Part shown: piece after piece, positions 23,797 to 37,610 of the stretch | How positions within the stretch are numbered: the stretch's first letter is position 1 | Layout of the letters: each line of letters opens with the position of its first letter | NCBI RefSeq assembly: GCF_018350175.1 | Contig: NC_058368.1 | Span: forward strand, 13,766,001-13,830,000 | Source of the DNA: Felis catus | Taxonomy: Eukaryota | Direction: 5' to 3' | DNA length: 64,000 nt | The notes under the pieces: model-generated | What the model saw: only the letters and a program-made list of their open reading frames with translations | What the model was told of the DNA's origin: nothing | Databases searched by the model: none | Program-made: the position numbers and the translations under genes

Positions 23797-25959
23797 GGAC
23801 TTTAAGAGACAAAACAGATGAACATAAGGGAAGGGAAACAAAAATAATATAAAAATAGGGAGGGGGACAAAACAGAAGAGACTCATAAATATGGAGAACA
23901 AACTGAGGGTTACAGAGGGGTTGTGGGAGGGGGGGATGGGCTAAATGGGTAAGGGACACTAAGGAACCTACTCCTGAAATCATTGTTGCACTATATGCTA
24001 ACTAATTTGGATGTAAATTAAAAAAAATAAAAATAAAAAATAAAACAAGTTAAAAAAGAACAAAAAGAAAAAAAAAGATAATAAAAAAAAAAGAAAGTTG
24101 TGGCCAGGCCAATGGGGAGCCCTTAAGTCAGAGTCATCTACCAGAGAAGTCCTGCATCACACACAAATGAGCCTGAACCTGTATTTCACTGTGCTTAGTC
24201 ATTGCTGGGAGCAGCCTGGGAGAAGCAAATACAGTGAAAAATTCAGACAGGATCATCTTGGACTGTCATCACAATGCTTTTGCAGCAGGGGACCTAGGTG
24301 GTCTAGTTTTCAAGGGTGCCATATTAGCTATCTCTGAGCTAGGGTACAAGGGAAGAGGATGGAATCCAGGAGAGATATAAAAGAACTCTAAATGTATTTA
24401 TAATATTTTACTTCTGAAGCTGAGAAGTGGGGACATAGATGTTCACTTTGTTATTCTCTTTGTTTTGGGGTAGCGGTGGGAAAAATGAGAGGTTAATAAG
24501 TTGATACATAGGATTTAAACAAAGCTTTCCTGATGTTTTGCTGTAATGTGGAACACAGCAGCAGGATTGAGGGATGAGAGAGATTATAGCCTTCTTGATG
24601 CTCATCCAATTTATGGGGACATTTGACACGTGAGAAGGAGGGAAAAGTACAGAGCAAAGTACTTAAATGCTGAGAGAGGATGGGTCCAATACACAGAAGA
24701 AAGGATCTGTCCCTCGATAGGAACAAGGTAAGTTTATTCACCCTTGAAAAAAGGCAAGCTGAACTTGTGGCAAAGATGTAGGGAGAATAGATTTTGTGGT
24801 GGGAAGATGAGGAAGTTCTCTAATGACTGCTTTTATCTTCTCAGTAAAAATCAGCTGACAGTAAGGCAGAGGAAAGTGGTTTTGGAGGTTTGAGGAGAGT
24901 GGAATTGCCAAGGAGTCCCAAGGGCTCACTTGAGGTTTGTGGTCAGAGATTCAAAACAAAAGCAGTTGGTCTGGTTGTGTGCTTTCTACCAGCCATAAGC
25001 AGGTGCTTAGACGTAGGCTTGTAGTTGGCCCAGAGCATGGAAGGATTTAACCAAAGCAGGCTTTTGCCAGGCAAGTACAGTGAAGACAGTATAAGGTGGA
25101 GGGATTTGGGGGTACAGGGAAAGACAGTATTACAGTGATAGACTATGGGAAGTGAGCATACAGGTATTTTTCAACTCTTTTTCCTTTACCCTGTATTTTC
25201 TAAAAGCTGTAAATTAGAGCTAAAAGCTTGATAAATTTCAGTTTAGCATTTTTGACAAGATTATTTTGTAGGCAAGGCTGTGAATTTCATATTGCATCAC
25301 ATCAGGAGGCACATAATGCCCGGCCATCCCACTAGTTTTGATGCTAAGATCGATTCCCATGTGAACAATAAATAACCAGGGTAATACCCATCTCAAGCAT
25401 GTAACTCTCTTAACTGTGTTTAAAAAAAAAAAAAAAAAAAAAAAGAGGAAGAAAGAAAAGACAGAAGAAAAGAAAAAAGTCCGGTGATCAAAAGTACGAC
25501 GCAAACAAAAGTTTGGAGACCCACTGTTTCAGAAAGCTAGAGCATTTTTGATACTGAAGGACTCATAAGCCACAATGAGTTCTCTAGGCATTGTGATTAG
25601 AAGTACAGGACCCCAGTGTGAGGGAAATCGTGGAGAACAGAAGGAAGTTGTACCTCATTTTATGCCTTTCCTCATTCTAAGCCTGAAACTAAATGAGCCT
25701 ACCTTCCAAATCTAAAGATTCTACCTCTTTGAGTGTTTTTTTTTTTTTTTTGTCTACATGGTGAGATATTTCTTTCATTTGTATTCCAGAACTCTGGGTG
25801 ATGGGTGGTCTCTTTTTCAGTTGATCTAGGAAGTTCATAATTTTGGAAATGATGAGATTGGGGTTATACCCAGAAAGTCTTCTATGATCTTACTGTATCT
25901 CTTTGAGGGTTCTCATTATTATTATTATTATTATTAATTATTATTTTGGTAAAGTTTTT

Positions 25960-26157
25960 TTTAACATTTTTTAAAAAAAATTTTAATGTTTATTTATTTT
26001 TGAGAGAGAGAGTGAGGGGGGGAGGGGAGTTACAGAATCTGAGGGGAACTCCAGGCTCTGAGCTGTCAGCACAGAAGCCTAGGCAAGGCTTGAACTCACC
26101 AAGAACACGACCTGAGCTAAAGTCGGACACTTCGCCGACTGAACCACCCAGGTGCCC
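25960..26157 (-). mobile_element. Can-SINE
   Basis: Reverse head ccacccaggtgccc; degenerate TSD tggtaRagt..ttt. Confidence 0.88.
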
Positions 26158-26259
26158 TGGTAGAGTGTTTTCACTGTTCTATTAGCTCTATCACCTGGTT
26201 ACTGAGCTTGGACTTCCTCCATCAGGCCACTGTTGCCTGTTAAGAAGGGTATAATTTTC

Positions 26260-26877
26260 CTCTGCCTTCTCCACTTCCAAAATATACTCTAAGTTACGAT
26301 CACTTCTCACCATCCCCACTGCTAACACCCTAGTCCAATTCCTCGTCATGTCTTGCCTGGATTTCACCAATAGCCTCTGCATGGTCTGGTCTCCAGCTTC
26401 TACATTTATCCCGCCCCTCCCCACAGCAACCAGAAGGATACTTTTAAATTCAAAGTCATGTCATGTTACTCCTCTGTTCCTTCACCTTCAAGGGCTTCTT
26501 CCCAGCTCACTCAGCATAAAAGCCAAAGCTCTTACAAAGGCCTGCAAAGCCTTACAAGATGTGACCTGGGTTACTCCTGCTCTAGTCTTTCTCTGCCTCA
26601 GCCCTATGCCAGCAGAAGAAGTGATACGTCTTGTTTATCTGAAAGATACCAGACGTGCTCCTGTGTTAAGGTCTGTGCTCTGGCTGTTTCATCTTCCCAG
26701 AAAGTTCTTTCATCTTGGCTGACTCCCTGACTTCAATTCTTTGCTCAGTTGTCATCTTCTCAATAAACCTGCTCTTACTACACTATTTAATTTTTTTTAA
26801 CGTTTATTGATTGAGTTTTGTGAGACAGAGAGTGCATACCTCTGTGCATACCTCCCTGGTGTGCAAGCCAGGGAGGG

Positions 26878-26915
<38 letters not shown>

Positions 26916-27300
26916 CCTAAGCAGGCTCTGTGCTGCCACCTGTACAGAGCCCAACACTGGGCTCAAACTCACGAACAATGAGATCATGACCTGGGCCAAA
27001 ACCAGGAGTCAGAGCCATCCAGGCACCCATTAAATACTCTATTTAAAACTATAATTTATGTTGCCCCACCCAGTACATTTGTCTTTTTTATATCGCCTTT
27101 TGTGTTCTATTTTTATCTTTATCATCTTACCTAAATTACATATTTCTTATGTTTATTATTTATGTATTGTCTGTCTCTCCTGCCCGAATATAAGCTCCAT
27201 GAGGCAGAGATTTTTGTTTTATTCATTGCTGTGTCTCAGGGCCTACAATAGCACCTAGAAGGCATTGGATATTTAACTAACGTGTTGAATGGATAGAATA
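26260..27300 (+). mobile_element. L2 3' fragment containing a SINE
   Basis: ccacttccaaaatatactc..aatagcctc..aagctccatgaggcagag..gttgaatg. Confidence 0.75.
26787..27028 (-). mobile_element. Can-SINE with internal insertion and head deletion
   Basis: (GA)n, gagatcatgacctg, aggcaccc. Confidence 0.88.
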
Positions 27301-29829
27301 AATGATTTTTAAAAATATCCTTTATCTAAGATTTGTCTGTTTCTCTTTTGGCCACTTTGTTTTTACTGCTTCTCCTTTGTGCTGTTTACTTCTTCAAATA
27401 TCTGGCAGTCCTGAAATGTCTATTTATATTTATGAATGAAGAAAGCTAGGATTCCACATCTCTGTATGTACAAAGGCCTCTTTTTTCATTTTCTTTTTTT
27501 TCTTTTTTCTCTTCCCTTCCTTCCCTTTCCTTTCCTCTCTTTTTTCTTTTCTTTTCAAGTCTATTTCCTTCAATGGGAAGGCTAGCTGCAAACAAGCTTT
27601 CACCAAGCCCTCCACCTACCTGCACAGCCCCCCCCCCCCTTCCCCCAGGCTGAACTGATAAGGGCCATATCCTGTTTGCTTACACCAATCCCACACCTCA
27701 ACAGAGCAATTACCTTCTCTAAAGTGCCATTCTCTGAGTTTAGCCTCAGGGTAAATAGATGAGGCTAGGAACTCTGTGTGTCTGTTGATGATGGAGAGAA
27801 CAAACAGGAAGGAAAGGTAGAGGAGGCCAGACCAACACATCTGTTCAGAAGATATCCCTTCAAGGAGCCATTTCAATGGGTCCCTCCTTTACCCCCCACC
27901 CCACCCCCTTTTTTTTTTTTTTTTGGTCTATGTGCTGTCTCCAACTGTCTGAGTGAGGAACCATTCTTTCTCACAAGGGAGAATTCTCTACTTCAGACTC
28001 TGTCACGTATTTGACATGAAGTGCCCCCCATTCTAATGTATTCCTCAGCAAAACCCATCTATTTTCAATCTTCTAGAAATTCTCTACGGAATTGACTGGC
28101 CTGTTTCCCGAACCTACATCACTTTCTTCTCTGCCTATGATGACTCTATTTCCTTTTGTTTTAACTAGTATCTTTGCGGAATGTAGTGAGAAACATGCAT
28201 AAAGAAATGTTTAGTCCTCTATCTTGAAAAAGAGCCAGAAGAATCTCTGATGACACAATAGCACTTGTTAGCAAAAGGAGAAAGCCATTTATCTGAAGTA
28301 GAGAACACTCTTAACTTTCACTTCAGTTTCGTTTTCTTTTTTTAAATTCAAGTAAAATTACACTTCATATGTTGAATTTTAATTCAATGTTTTTAAGCAT
28401 CCAAGAGGAAGCTTGCTGTGTGAACACTGGAGAATGTAGCCATTCTCACACACCAGGTCACAGTCATCATCCATACCGTCTTCAAAGTGATGGATGGAAA
28501 GGCATGAGAGGTGATTAAAGACAGCAGAATGTTTCTACCGTTCATCCACAAACCCACAGACACCTGATGTATATGTCACACAAATTCACATATCTGCTTT
28601 ATCCCAGAATTCTTTAGAGAGATTATATAAATCCCTTACTCTAATATGGTCTTTGTATTTGCAATGCCCAAAAGACAAGGGCAAAATTGATTTTATAACA
28701 GACTCTGCCATTTAAAAATACAATGTATTTTATCCTTGGTAATAACCACAAAGTGATAAATTGACAGTTTTTAAATGTATGTCAAATTTCTTTTGTTATC
28801 ATCAAATTGAAAAATATTTCTAAATGCATTCCCTGGTGACAACTGACAATGACTTTGGTCTCCTCAAATCTTTGATTCAAATATGTCATGGATTTAAAGA
28901 AATACACTTCAGAATAAATTCCTCGAAGATGAAAATTTTCTTATGGATTTAATGCATTCTAATGGTTAAACTGTTTCTTGTTTCCCCAAGTTAATTGTAA
29001 AATAGAATAAACATGAACCGGATTACATTACAGCAAAAGTGGTACAGGACCCTACCATGTTATACATAAATAGTTACTGCAGGCATAGTCTCTACAAAAA
29101 GCAAAGGTTGTTACAATGAAGACAAGGGCTGCTCTTTGAAGAGAATGTAAAACTCTCCAAGTAGCAATTTATAATGTTTCTTCAAGGCATTGATCTAAAT
29201 TATACTTACCTTAAAACCAATGAAACAGCAACGTTCATTAACAAAGTAGGTGACTGCATACATGGCTTAATTTGAAGGTTGCCCCGAGCTCTCTCCTTTA
29301 ACGGAATGCCATGATTCTTAGAACCCACAAAGTCTGACCTGTTCTTTGAGCCTTTTAGGAGGATCTTAAAACGTGCTGAAAAGGTTATTGGGCAAAAAGA
29401 CGGAGCTTACAACTGGGAGAGAATCGAATGATCATGGGTTTTTACCTCCAATTATTAGCTATACAATCTCCACCAATAAACTCTTTCATTTCAGGCTCTT
29501 ATAAATCAAAAATCACTCAAACCCTCTTAAGTAAGAAAGAGAATTTATTTTTAATTCAGTGAAGTATCACAGGAACCACAAAACAAAAACAAACAAACAA
29601 ACAAACAAAAAACATGCCAGCCAAAGGGTGGGTAGAATTCAAAGTAACTTTGGGAGCAATCCCTTTCAAACTTCCATTTCTCTCACCATATCTGTGCTTC
29701 TTGGAATGCTTCTGTCATTTTCCTTAGTGTTGCTGAGATTCCTCTGCTTACCCATCTTAAGCATGACCATAAATGGCAGCCTCCTCATTAGGCCTACAGA
29801 TCCTTAAGTTAGCAACCTACTGCTGGACT

Positions 29830-30042
29830 TTTTAAAAAAATTTTAATGTTCATTTATTTTTGAGAGAGAGAGAGAGAGAGCGAGCGAATGGGGGGAGGGG
29901 CAGAGAGAGAGGGAGCCACAGTCTCCTGAAGCAGGCTCCAGGCTCCACCTAGAGCCCCACGCAGGGCTCCAACTCAGGAGCAGTGAGATCATGACCTGAG
30001 CCAAAGTCAGAGGCTTGACTGACTGAGCCACCCAGGTGCCCC
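29830..30042 (-). mobile_element. Can-SINE in MLT1-like relic
   Basis: Reverse head; degenerate TSD gctggaYt. Confidence 0.9.
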
Positions 30043-31880
30043 ACAGCTGGATTATTTTTTTTTTTTTTTTTTTTTAATTCCGTGTCCAGAGAGGAAAGAT
30101 CAGATTGCAATAGCTCATGCTTTCCTACCAGACGAATCTCCTGGAGTCCTGGGGTCCTTAGCAAACATTTACCTTGGCCCAATACCTGTGGCCAGGGAGA
30201 GTGTGGTCACACAGGAAGTGGGTGTATCCAAGCCGCCAGGCAGCAAGGAGGCAGCAGGAAGACACAGTCTCTAGTAAACTTTCTTCATCTCATTTCCTCA
30301 TCTGCAAGACCTGGACCAGCAATCCACTTCACATATGTGTAGGGGGAGGGATTGAGGTATTTTGTTGACTTTTTACTTAGATCGACTTAGGATGACATAT
30401 TGCCCTTCTGTGCTTTTTGGCAAAGGCCACCATTTTATTCACTTTAATATAGCTGACATCACTGATGGTGACTGTCGTCCTGTTTGATCTTCATTGTAAT
30501 CTTAGCATACATGAGAGTTGGCTCCAGGGTACGTAAGCACTGCCTGAACTACTGCAACATCTCACTGAGACCAGTTTATTCAACAACTCATATTTGTAGA
30601 CCATCCTCTAGTTCAGAAAGTGCTCTGCAGGACTAACGGGAACCACCTCTAGTGCTGCCCCTGTCTCTAGGTGCCATCATTTTGTGTGGTGATGTGTGCT
30701 GGCCACGTACACTGCATAGGCTTCCCTTCCAAGGCCCATTATGTTCCTACTTCTGCTGCAACCCTGTCGTCTTGAGGCCAGAGCTCTGCTCACCTGGGCT
30801 TCAGGTATGCTGGTGCTGCTTCTTTAAGACAGAAGGCTGCCACACACATGACTCGTGATTGCAGTTTGATTTTTTAAATGATAAAAATAAACCAATAGGC
30901 GAGGCCAGTGTTTACTGGAGGAAAACACTCAGGATGAGGGTGCTCTGGGAAGTCAGGGAGCCAAAGAAGCAGTGGCCTAATTTTCAAATAAAGCAGAAAA
31001 CTTAAGAGATTAATATAGTTTGGTTCAGAAACTCTTGTCGTTTCCTGATTACCCAAAGATCAAAAAGTTACCTCGTTCTCTTCTTTATTTCAAACTTCTT
31101 GATATCTTGCACTATGGTTAAAAATCTTGGATAATTACTACCATATTCTCATGACTTCAGAGGTGAAAATGTAGCCTGTAGTCTTCTTACAACTATCTTA
31201 AAGAAGCAGGTGTCCTGCAAAAGGCGACTGCTTTAAAGCCCCATCCACAAATTATTGCTATACTTCTCTGTGGGTTCTTCCTATTAAAAAACAAAACAAA
31301 ACAAAAAAAAACCATTATATGTAATGGGACCAATGAATTGTATCCAGGATCCACCTTTAACTATAAGTTTTAGGAGACAGTATAAAAGCAATCTAATAGC
31401 AACCTGTGTTAGATGTGTTTCTTATCAGCTTCTCAGTTTCCAAACTCATCAAATATTGAACTTCCTGGAGCCAAAACGAACCCTCCAGAAGCTGAAACAT
31501 TTATTTAGAACTACACTCAGAATATAAAGAGCTGGGACAGGAAAGAAAAACAAGTCAATACAAGCACAGTGTTCGTTTCTCCCAGAACGTGTGTTCTGAA
31601 AGACAAACACTGAGCCGCAAACACTGAAAGCCATGTCTGCTGTTCTCCAGTTCCTATGACTACCCCTGCCCCTGTGCAAATCGTAGCGAGGGTTCCATTA
31701 CCACCCACCGTGGGAAGCCACAGTCTGGAATCAGGACCAACAGAAGCCAGATCTAGTACTGCTCCTGTCTCTAGATACTCGTGTGGCTTAGCTTCTTGAT
31801 CTGCCAATCTTAAGGTGGGATCATACATTAATACCTGATTTGCTTACTTCAATTGGTTGTTTAAAGTAGAAAATATGATT

Positions 31881-32100
31881 GGGGAGCCTGTGTGGCTCAG
31901 TCAGTTGAACATCTGACTCTTGATTTTGGTTCAGGTCATGATCCCAGGGTCACGGGATTGAGCCCCGTGTCGGACTCCACCCTGAGTGTGGAGTCTGCTT
32001 TGGATTCTCTCTCTCTCTGTCTCTCTCTCCCTCTGTCTCTCTCTCTCTGTCTTGCTCTCCAGTAAAATAAATAAATAAATAAATAAAATAACAAAATAAA
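31881..32100 (+). mobile_element. Can-SINE
   Basis: ggggagcctgtgtggctcag head, (CT)n, (taaa)n. Confidence 0.9.
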
Positions 32101-32229
32101 ACATAAAATAAGATCATATGTGTGAAACTACTTTGAAACTAAAAGTTGTTCTACAAAATCAGGAATGAAGTGAAGGTACGATATTTTTGCTGAGAACCCA
32201 AACATTGTTTCTGCTCTTAGCCACTGAAG

Positions 32230-32880
32230 AGAAGCCTCAAACTATGTAATTTTCTTTTCTTGGTTCTAAACAATTTAGGAAAGAATGTTCTTACTCTGAT
32301 GTATTCCCTCTCACCACCATCCCACCAGGCCTTCAGAATTCTGCTGACATTTTCCTCGACAAGTATGAGGATTTCACTGACATTTTCCTCAAGGCCTTTT
32401 CAGCTTCTGACTGTACCACAGTCCCAAAGCCGGTGCCACCTGTCTCAGGGTTTTGTTATGACAGCACCCCCTTCTAGGTACTAAAACCCATTCAGATTAT
32501 CCGTCACGGCATCAGTAAACTACTCCAAAACTTAGTGGCTTAAAACAATAGCAAATATTAATTTTGCTCACAGATGTTCATTTGGGGCAGAGCTTAGAAG
32601 AGGTAGTTCATTTTTACCTCACAGCATCATTTGGGGCTGCTTGACTAGGATCCGCAGGACCTGATTTCAAGACGGCAAATTGGTGCTTGCCACCACCCAA
32701 GGGCTCATCAGGGCTATGGACCTGTCAGTGTGGGTCGTCGTGCAGTCGACTTAGGCTTCCTCATGGTATGGCGGCTAGGTACCAAAAGCGAGCTTCCAAG
32801 AGACAGAAAGAGAAAGTTGTAAGTGTCTTAAGGCTTGTGCCTGGAAACTGTCATAGCATCCTTTCTACCATTTTCTAGCT
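32230..32880 (-). mobile_element. MLT1 internal end plus LTR relic
   Basis: gcacccccttctaggtact (reverse polypurine-tract-like) followed by ccaaaacttagtggcttaaaacaata. Confidence 0.65.
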
Positions 32881-33500
32881 TTCTCTTGAATTATTGCATC
32901 GATAGAACCACCCAGAACAATGATATGTAATAATAATGATTGTGTAAAGATTTCTTAGTTTACTCCTGAGTTGAAAGGGAATGCTTCTAATGTTTTTCAA
33001 GTCAGTATAATGATGGAGTTAGCCTTGACATACCTATGTTTTATGATGTTAAAAGTATCCATCTATTTCTATTTTACTAAAACATTTCACCAAAAGAGGG
33101 ACCTAGGCAGCTCAGTCAGTTGAGCACCCAACTCAATTTTGGCTCAGGTCATGATCTCATGGTTTGTGGGATGGAGCCCCACATTGGGCTCCACACTGAC
33201 AGCACGGAGCCTGCTTGGGATTCTCTCTCTCCCCCTCTCTCTGCCCTTCTGCTGTGTGTGCACATGCGTGTGCTCTCTCTCTCTCTCTGTCTGTCTGTCT
33301 CTTTCTCTGTCTCTCTCAGGGTAAGTCAATAAACATATAAAAAACACATTTTACCAAAAATAAGTGTTGAATTTTTATCAAATGCCTTTTCAGCATCAAA
33401 GAAGATGATCATATATTTTCCCCTTTTGATGTATAAATCCCCTGACTTAGGATATTTTCAACTACTGAATCCTCCTTGCATTCCTGCAATAACCTGCTTT
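32880..33500 (-). mobile_element. Old L1 ORF2 fragment containing a SINE
   Basis: aaagggaatgcttctaatg..gtgttgaatttttatcaaatgccttttcagcatc = reverse of the AEKAFDK region. Confidence 0.7.
33098..33345 (+). mobile_element. Can-SINE
   Basis: TSD acatttYaccaaaa on both sides. Confidence 0.9.
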
Positions 33501-33904
33501 GATAATGATGACTTATTTTTAATACTTTATTGTATTTATTTTTATTTTATGTGTCTGTCTTTGCCACACCAAACTAAAAGGTCTTTGAAGTCAGAAGACG
33601 TTTTGTTATTCATTATTGTTTTCCCCAGGTCAAATAAAGTGACTGGTAGCCAGTACGTCCTTAGAAATATTTTTTAAATGATTTAAAGAAATTATAGGAG
33701 TTCAATAACTATTTACTGATGCCTTCTCAATGGCATTTCTAGAAAAACACTGCAACCGTGATTAGCATACTCTTGACTTATCACTTCTTTTTCTCTGCTG
33801 TGTGCATTCTTGGTCAAGGTTAATATATCTGCAACCACAATGCTGCAAATGGGCAGAGAGCTATTTCCTATGAAATCTATTTATAGGGAGTCAGAGTGTA
33901 TGAC

Positions 33905-33946
33905 CACACACACACACACACACACACATGCACACACATACACACA
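33905..33946. repeat. (CA)n microsatellite
   Basis: Read directly from the sequence. Confidence 0.9.
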
Positions 33947-34517
33947 CCCATGAACTGGCAGAAGATTATAATAGCACCCTTTTTGAGATAGCTAACAGGA
34001 CCACTTATAGTGGTGGCAGGTAACTCTTAATTATTACTGCTAAAAAATATTCTTCAATGTTTTCATTCCTGCTGGCTACCTTCCTTAATACTAAAGGTTC
34101 TGAATCTCTGACTCCGTTCTACATGCCTCAGTAGCCTAGCAGCAAGGAACCAAATTCCAATTTTAAATATATGGCCCAGGTTTTAGTGTGCTTCTATGGC
34201 TGAAGGTATGCTGATAGACTTAAAAAGTAGTATTAATCACAAACAATCATCTTAACCTTTTGGGAAAGACACTACCACTATTGGTATTTTTGAAAATCAA
34301 TGCATCTTTCAATATAAATAAGCAATTGTAAGCCAGATAACCAAATTCAAGCCCTGATTTCAGATCTTTATTCATAGACTAACACATAAGTGTCCAGTAT
34401 CACTGTAACTTCCATTGCAGATTATTTTAAAACGATAAAACTTTAAACATAGAAACTAAGAACTAGAAATTAAGGGATTGATAATACAAGTTTAAAGAAA
34501 AAACTCTATCTGTAAAT

Positions 34518-34725
34518 CTTTTTTTTTAATGTTTGTTTTTGAAAGAGAGAGCGTGAGCATGAGTAGGGGAGGGGTCAAGAGACGGGGGGTGGGGGGAACA
34601 GAGGATCTGAAGTGGGCTCTGAGATGACAGCAGAGAGCCTGATGCAAGCCTCGAACTCATAAACCGTAAGATCATGACCTGAACTGAAGTCAGATGCTTA
34701 ACTGGCTAAGTCACCCAGGTATCCC
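34518..34725 (-). mobile_element. Can-SINE
   Basis: TSD ctatctRtaaatctt. Confidence 0.9.
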
Positions 34726-37029
34726 TATCTATAAATCTTGGTAGAATTCTTCAAAGAGGTCATTTAAATTATAAAATTGAGAACCGCTGACCTAACTTCT
34801 ATGAAGAATAAACATTAAAACCCAACTAACTTCATCATCTGGAGAAGTTAGAGCTTCTACAAACATGTGTCTTCTATATGGCAGACACTTAACAATTAAA
34901 TAATCCTAGGATTAGAAGGGAATTGGAAGATCCCTAAAGAGTACTAAGTGAAACAATAAAGGTGAAATGAATATACAAGAGCCTAATACAGAACCTGGCA
35001 TTTTGTAAGCACCCTATAAATATTTGAATTAAATCTATTTCCATTGTCAGTGATTAAAAAATAAATATTTCAGATAAAATCTCTGCAATAAGAAACATTT
35101 TTCACCATAATTCAGAGAATCCAGATAAGCAAGCCATATACATTAAATACATGGTAATACTATTATACAAGTAGACAGAATGCAACACTAGATTTCAAGT
35201 CTGAAAAAACTAAATTCAAGCTCCAGATTTAGCATTTATCAGTTGTCTGAGGTTGGAAACTTCATTTCATTCATCGAAATATCCATTTTCTTACTTGTAA
35301 GAATGGGAATAATTATCTCATCACATATTGTATGAGTTATCACAAGCACAAAATTAAGTAAGATAAATCATCAGAAAGAACAATATAAATCTAGGATATT
35401 ACCATAATTGCTGTTATTGTACTAGTATATATTTTCACTCTCTGGACACTCTGAAGAGTAGGTTTAGAAAATGACATATAAATTCATCTGCAATATTATA
35501 GGAAATTTCAAAAGAGAAATGGAAATTAATACATTTTTGGAAAGTAGTTTTCCAAGGGTATAGTATGTTATAAAAATAATAAATCACTACAAATCAGATA
35601 CAACAGATAAATTTTTCCCTTAACACAGTGAATGCTTCAGACTTCATGCAGTTTTCCTCAAGAAGTTCACTTAGGGCTTAACCGAACAGCTCCATAGTGT
35701 TAAGCACAGAGGTATATATCAACCACCCTAATAAAACCATCCAGGGACTCACTAGAGAGGTTCCTCAATTCTGGAACAGTTTTACAAATATTTTTGAAAT
35801 AACAATAAATCGGCTTTGGGGAGGTTGATATAAATATATTTGAAAAGAAATTAACTATGTGTCCCTTAATTCATCATAAAATAACTTTCAGAAAAATATG
35901 CAGAAGCTTTAAACATAAAAGGCTAAATCACACATCAAGATACCTTTGCAATAATTGGACATTTTATATTTCACAGTAAAACACTAAACTATGAAGCATG
36001 GTTTCCTAGTAACAGCAGTAATACTAGGTAAATAAAACAGAATTCAGCTTACAGCAATCAGCAACAATTCAGCTTCCAAATGAGAGGTTGAAATGATTTG
36101 GATGATTACTTTTTCATTTCCAATATCATAAAAATGGAAAAAAAGAAATTGACTTTCTAAGTGTAGAATTATTTTTTCAAAATTTGGAGAAGACATTGAA
36201 GTGGTACCCCAATGTTCTCTGGACAATCTGGGCCCTTCTTGGCTGCTGTACAATTATCCTCAACAAGGTTCTCCTTACCCAGTAATTGAAAGAGAAGGCT
36301 TCCTGCATGACATAAATTTTGAAGAGTGGAAACCAACCTCATCTCTACTCACTGATGTGTGTAATACCATACTTAAAGTGTTTTTGTTTGTCTGGGCTTC
36401 TTTGGTTGTTTTGTTTTGTTTTTTGTTCTTGCCTTTCGTGTAAGACTTTCTGGTCCCCCAAATTTCAAAAATGCAAATGTTCCAATATGCACACTCATGT
36501 CTCAAGTATAAACCCTTCAACCCAATTAAATGCTGGACATGTATAAGAATTATACTAGGAAAAAGAAGTAGAAACTGGTACATAAGAGATGATTTGCGTA
36601 AATAACTCAACTTGGTAGGTACGATTACTGAAATGCAATGGGCCTGTATTGCTTGATAATATGAAAGGAATGTAATGCAAAAATCATTAAAACATTAAAC
36701 ATATACATAGAATTTTTATACTATACTGTAAAAAAAAAAAGTCTTTGGTAACCATAGCCAGTCATTTAGAACCAATCACTAGCAAACAACAAAACGGTCA
36801 GTAAAAAAAATAATAGTGAAAAAATTCAGAAATATGATCTCCTATAAATGTTATATGTATTGCTTTTGACATGTAGAGACAGACAGAAATACTGTATTTT
36901 ATTCTAGAAAAATTACTGTTCTTGGAAAGTAATGATATAACGTATGTTGTTTTTCAAGACACATCATGTTATATAGGAGGCGCACCATATGTTCATGTTT
37001 TGGAACATCCTATGCCATAGGCATAGCGA

Positions 37030-37610
37030 TCTGTCTTGGTTATCTACCAAAAATCCATTCCCCCCCTCAATCCTCCTTCCTGAAAGATCCCAGTTTTGTT
37101 TTCTTTTGTTTCACTGCTCTGGCCTACTTCCTGTGGTCAAGTGCTTAGGAAGGATATTCTAATTTCTCGCTGATGAGTAAAGGCTGAGTCCATGCCAATC
37201 ATGGGAACCCCTTGCCCGTGACTAGCATGTGGTGCAATTTTGATCAATGAAACAAGATAGAAGTCCACTGTGGAGGCTTCTTTATGTTTTGTTTTGTTTT
37301 GTTTTGTTTCGTTTTTAAAGAAACACAGAGAAAGAGACCCTCTTCTACTAGACAGTGTTTTGTCTAGGTGCAATGCCTGGCACTACTGCAGCTATTTTGT
37401 GACCACTAGAGATGATCCAGGATACTCAGCATGGCAAAGCATACCAACAGATAAAATCCAGATCCTTTACATCATTGAGTGGCTGAATTAACCAATCCTG
37501 GAACTCTTTTGCCTCTGGACTTCTTATTGTGTAAGCTAATAAGTATTATTATTATTAGTGTTTAAGCCAATGGGGTTGATGTTTTTTGTAGCCAGAAATA
37601 TTCCAAATAC
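37030..37610 (+). mobile_element. MLT1J-like LTR
   Basis: ..cagctattttgtgaccac..tgagtggctgaattaaccaatcctgg..ctctggacttctt..gtttaagcca. Confidence 0.7.

Larger units (their letters stand above)
16894..24090 (+). mobile_element. Full-length felid LINE-1 (~7.2 kb), retrotransposition-defective
   Basis: Perfect 18-bp TSD aagaaagttgtggccagg at 16876-16893 and 24091-24108, preceded by ttt (L1 endonuclease-like TT/AAGA site). Starts with (GG)AGCCAAGATGGC. GC-rich 5'UTR, ORF1, ORF2, G-rich 3'UTR and A-rich tail 24020-24090. Confidence 0.97.
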
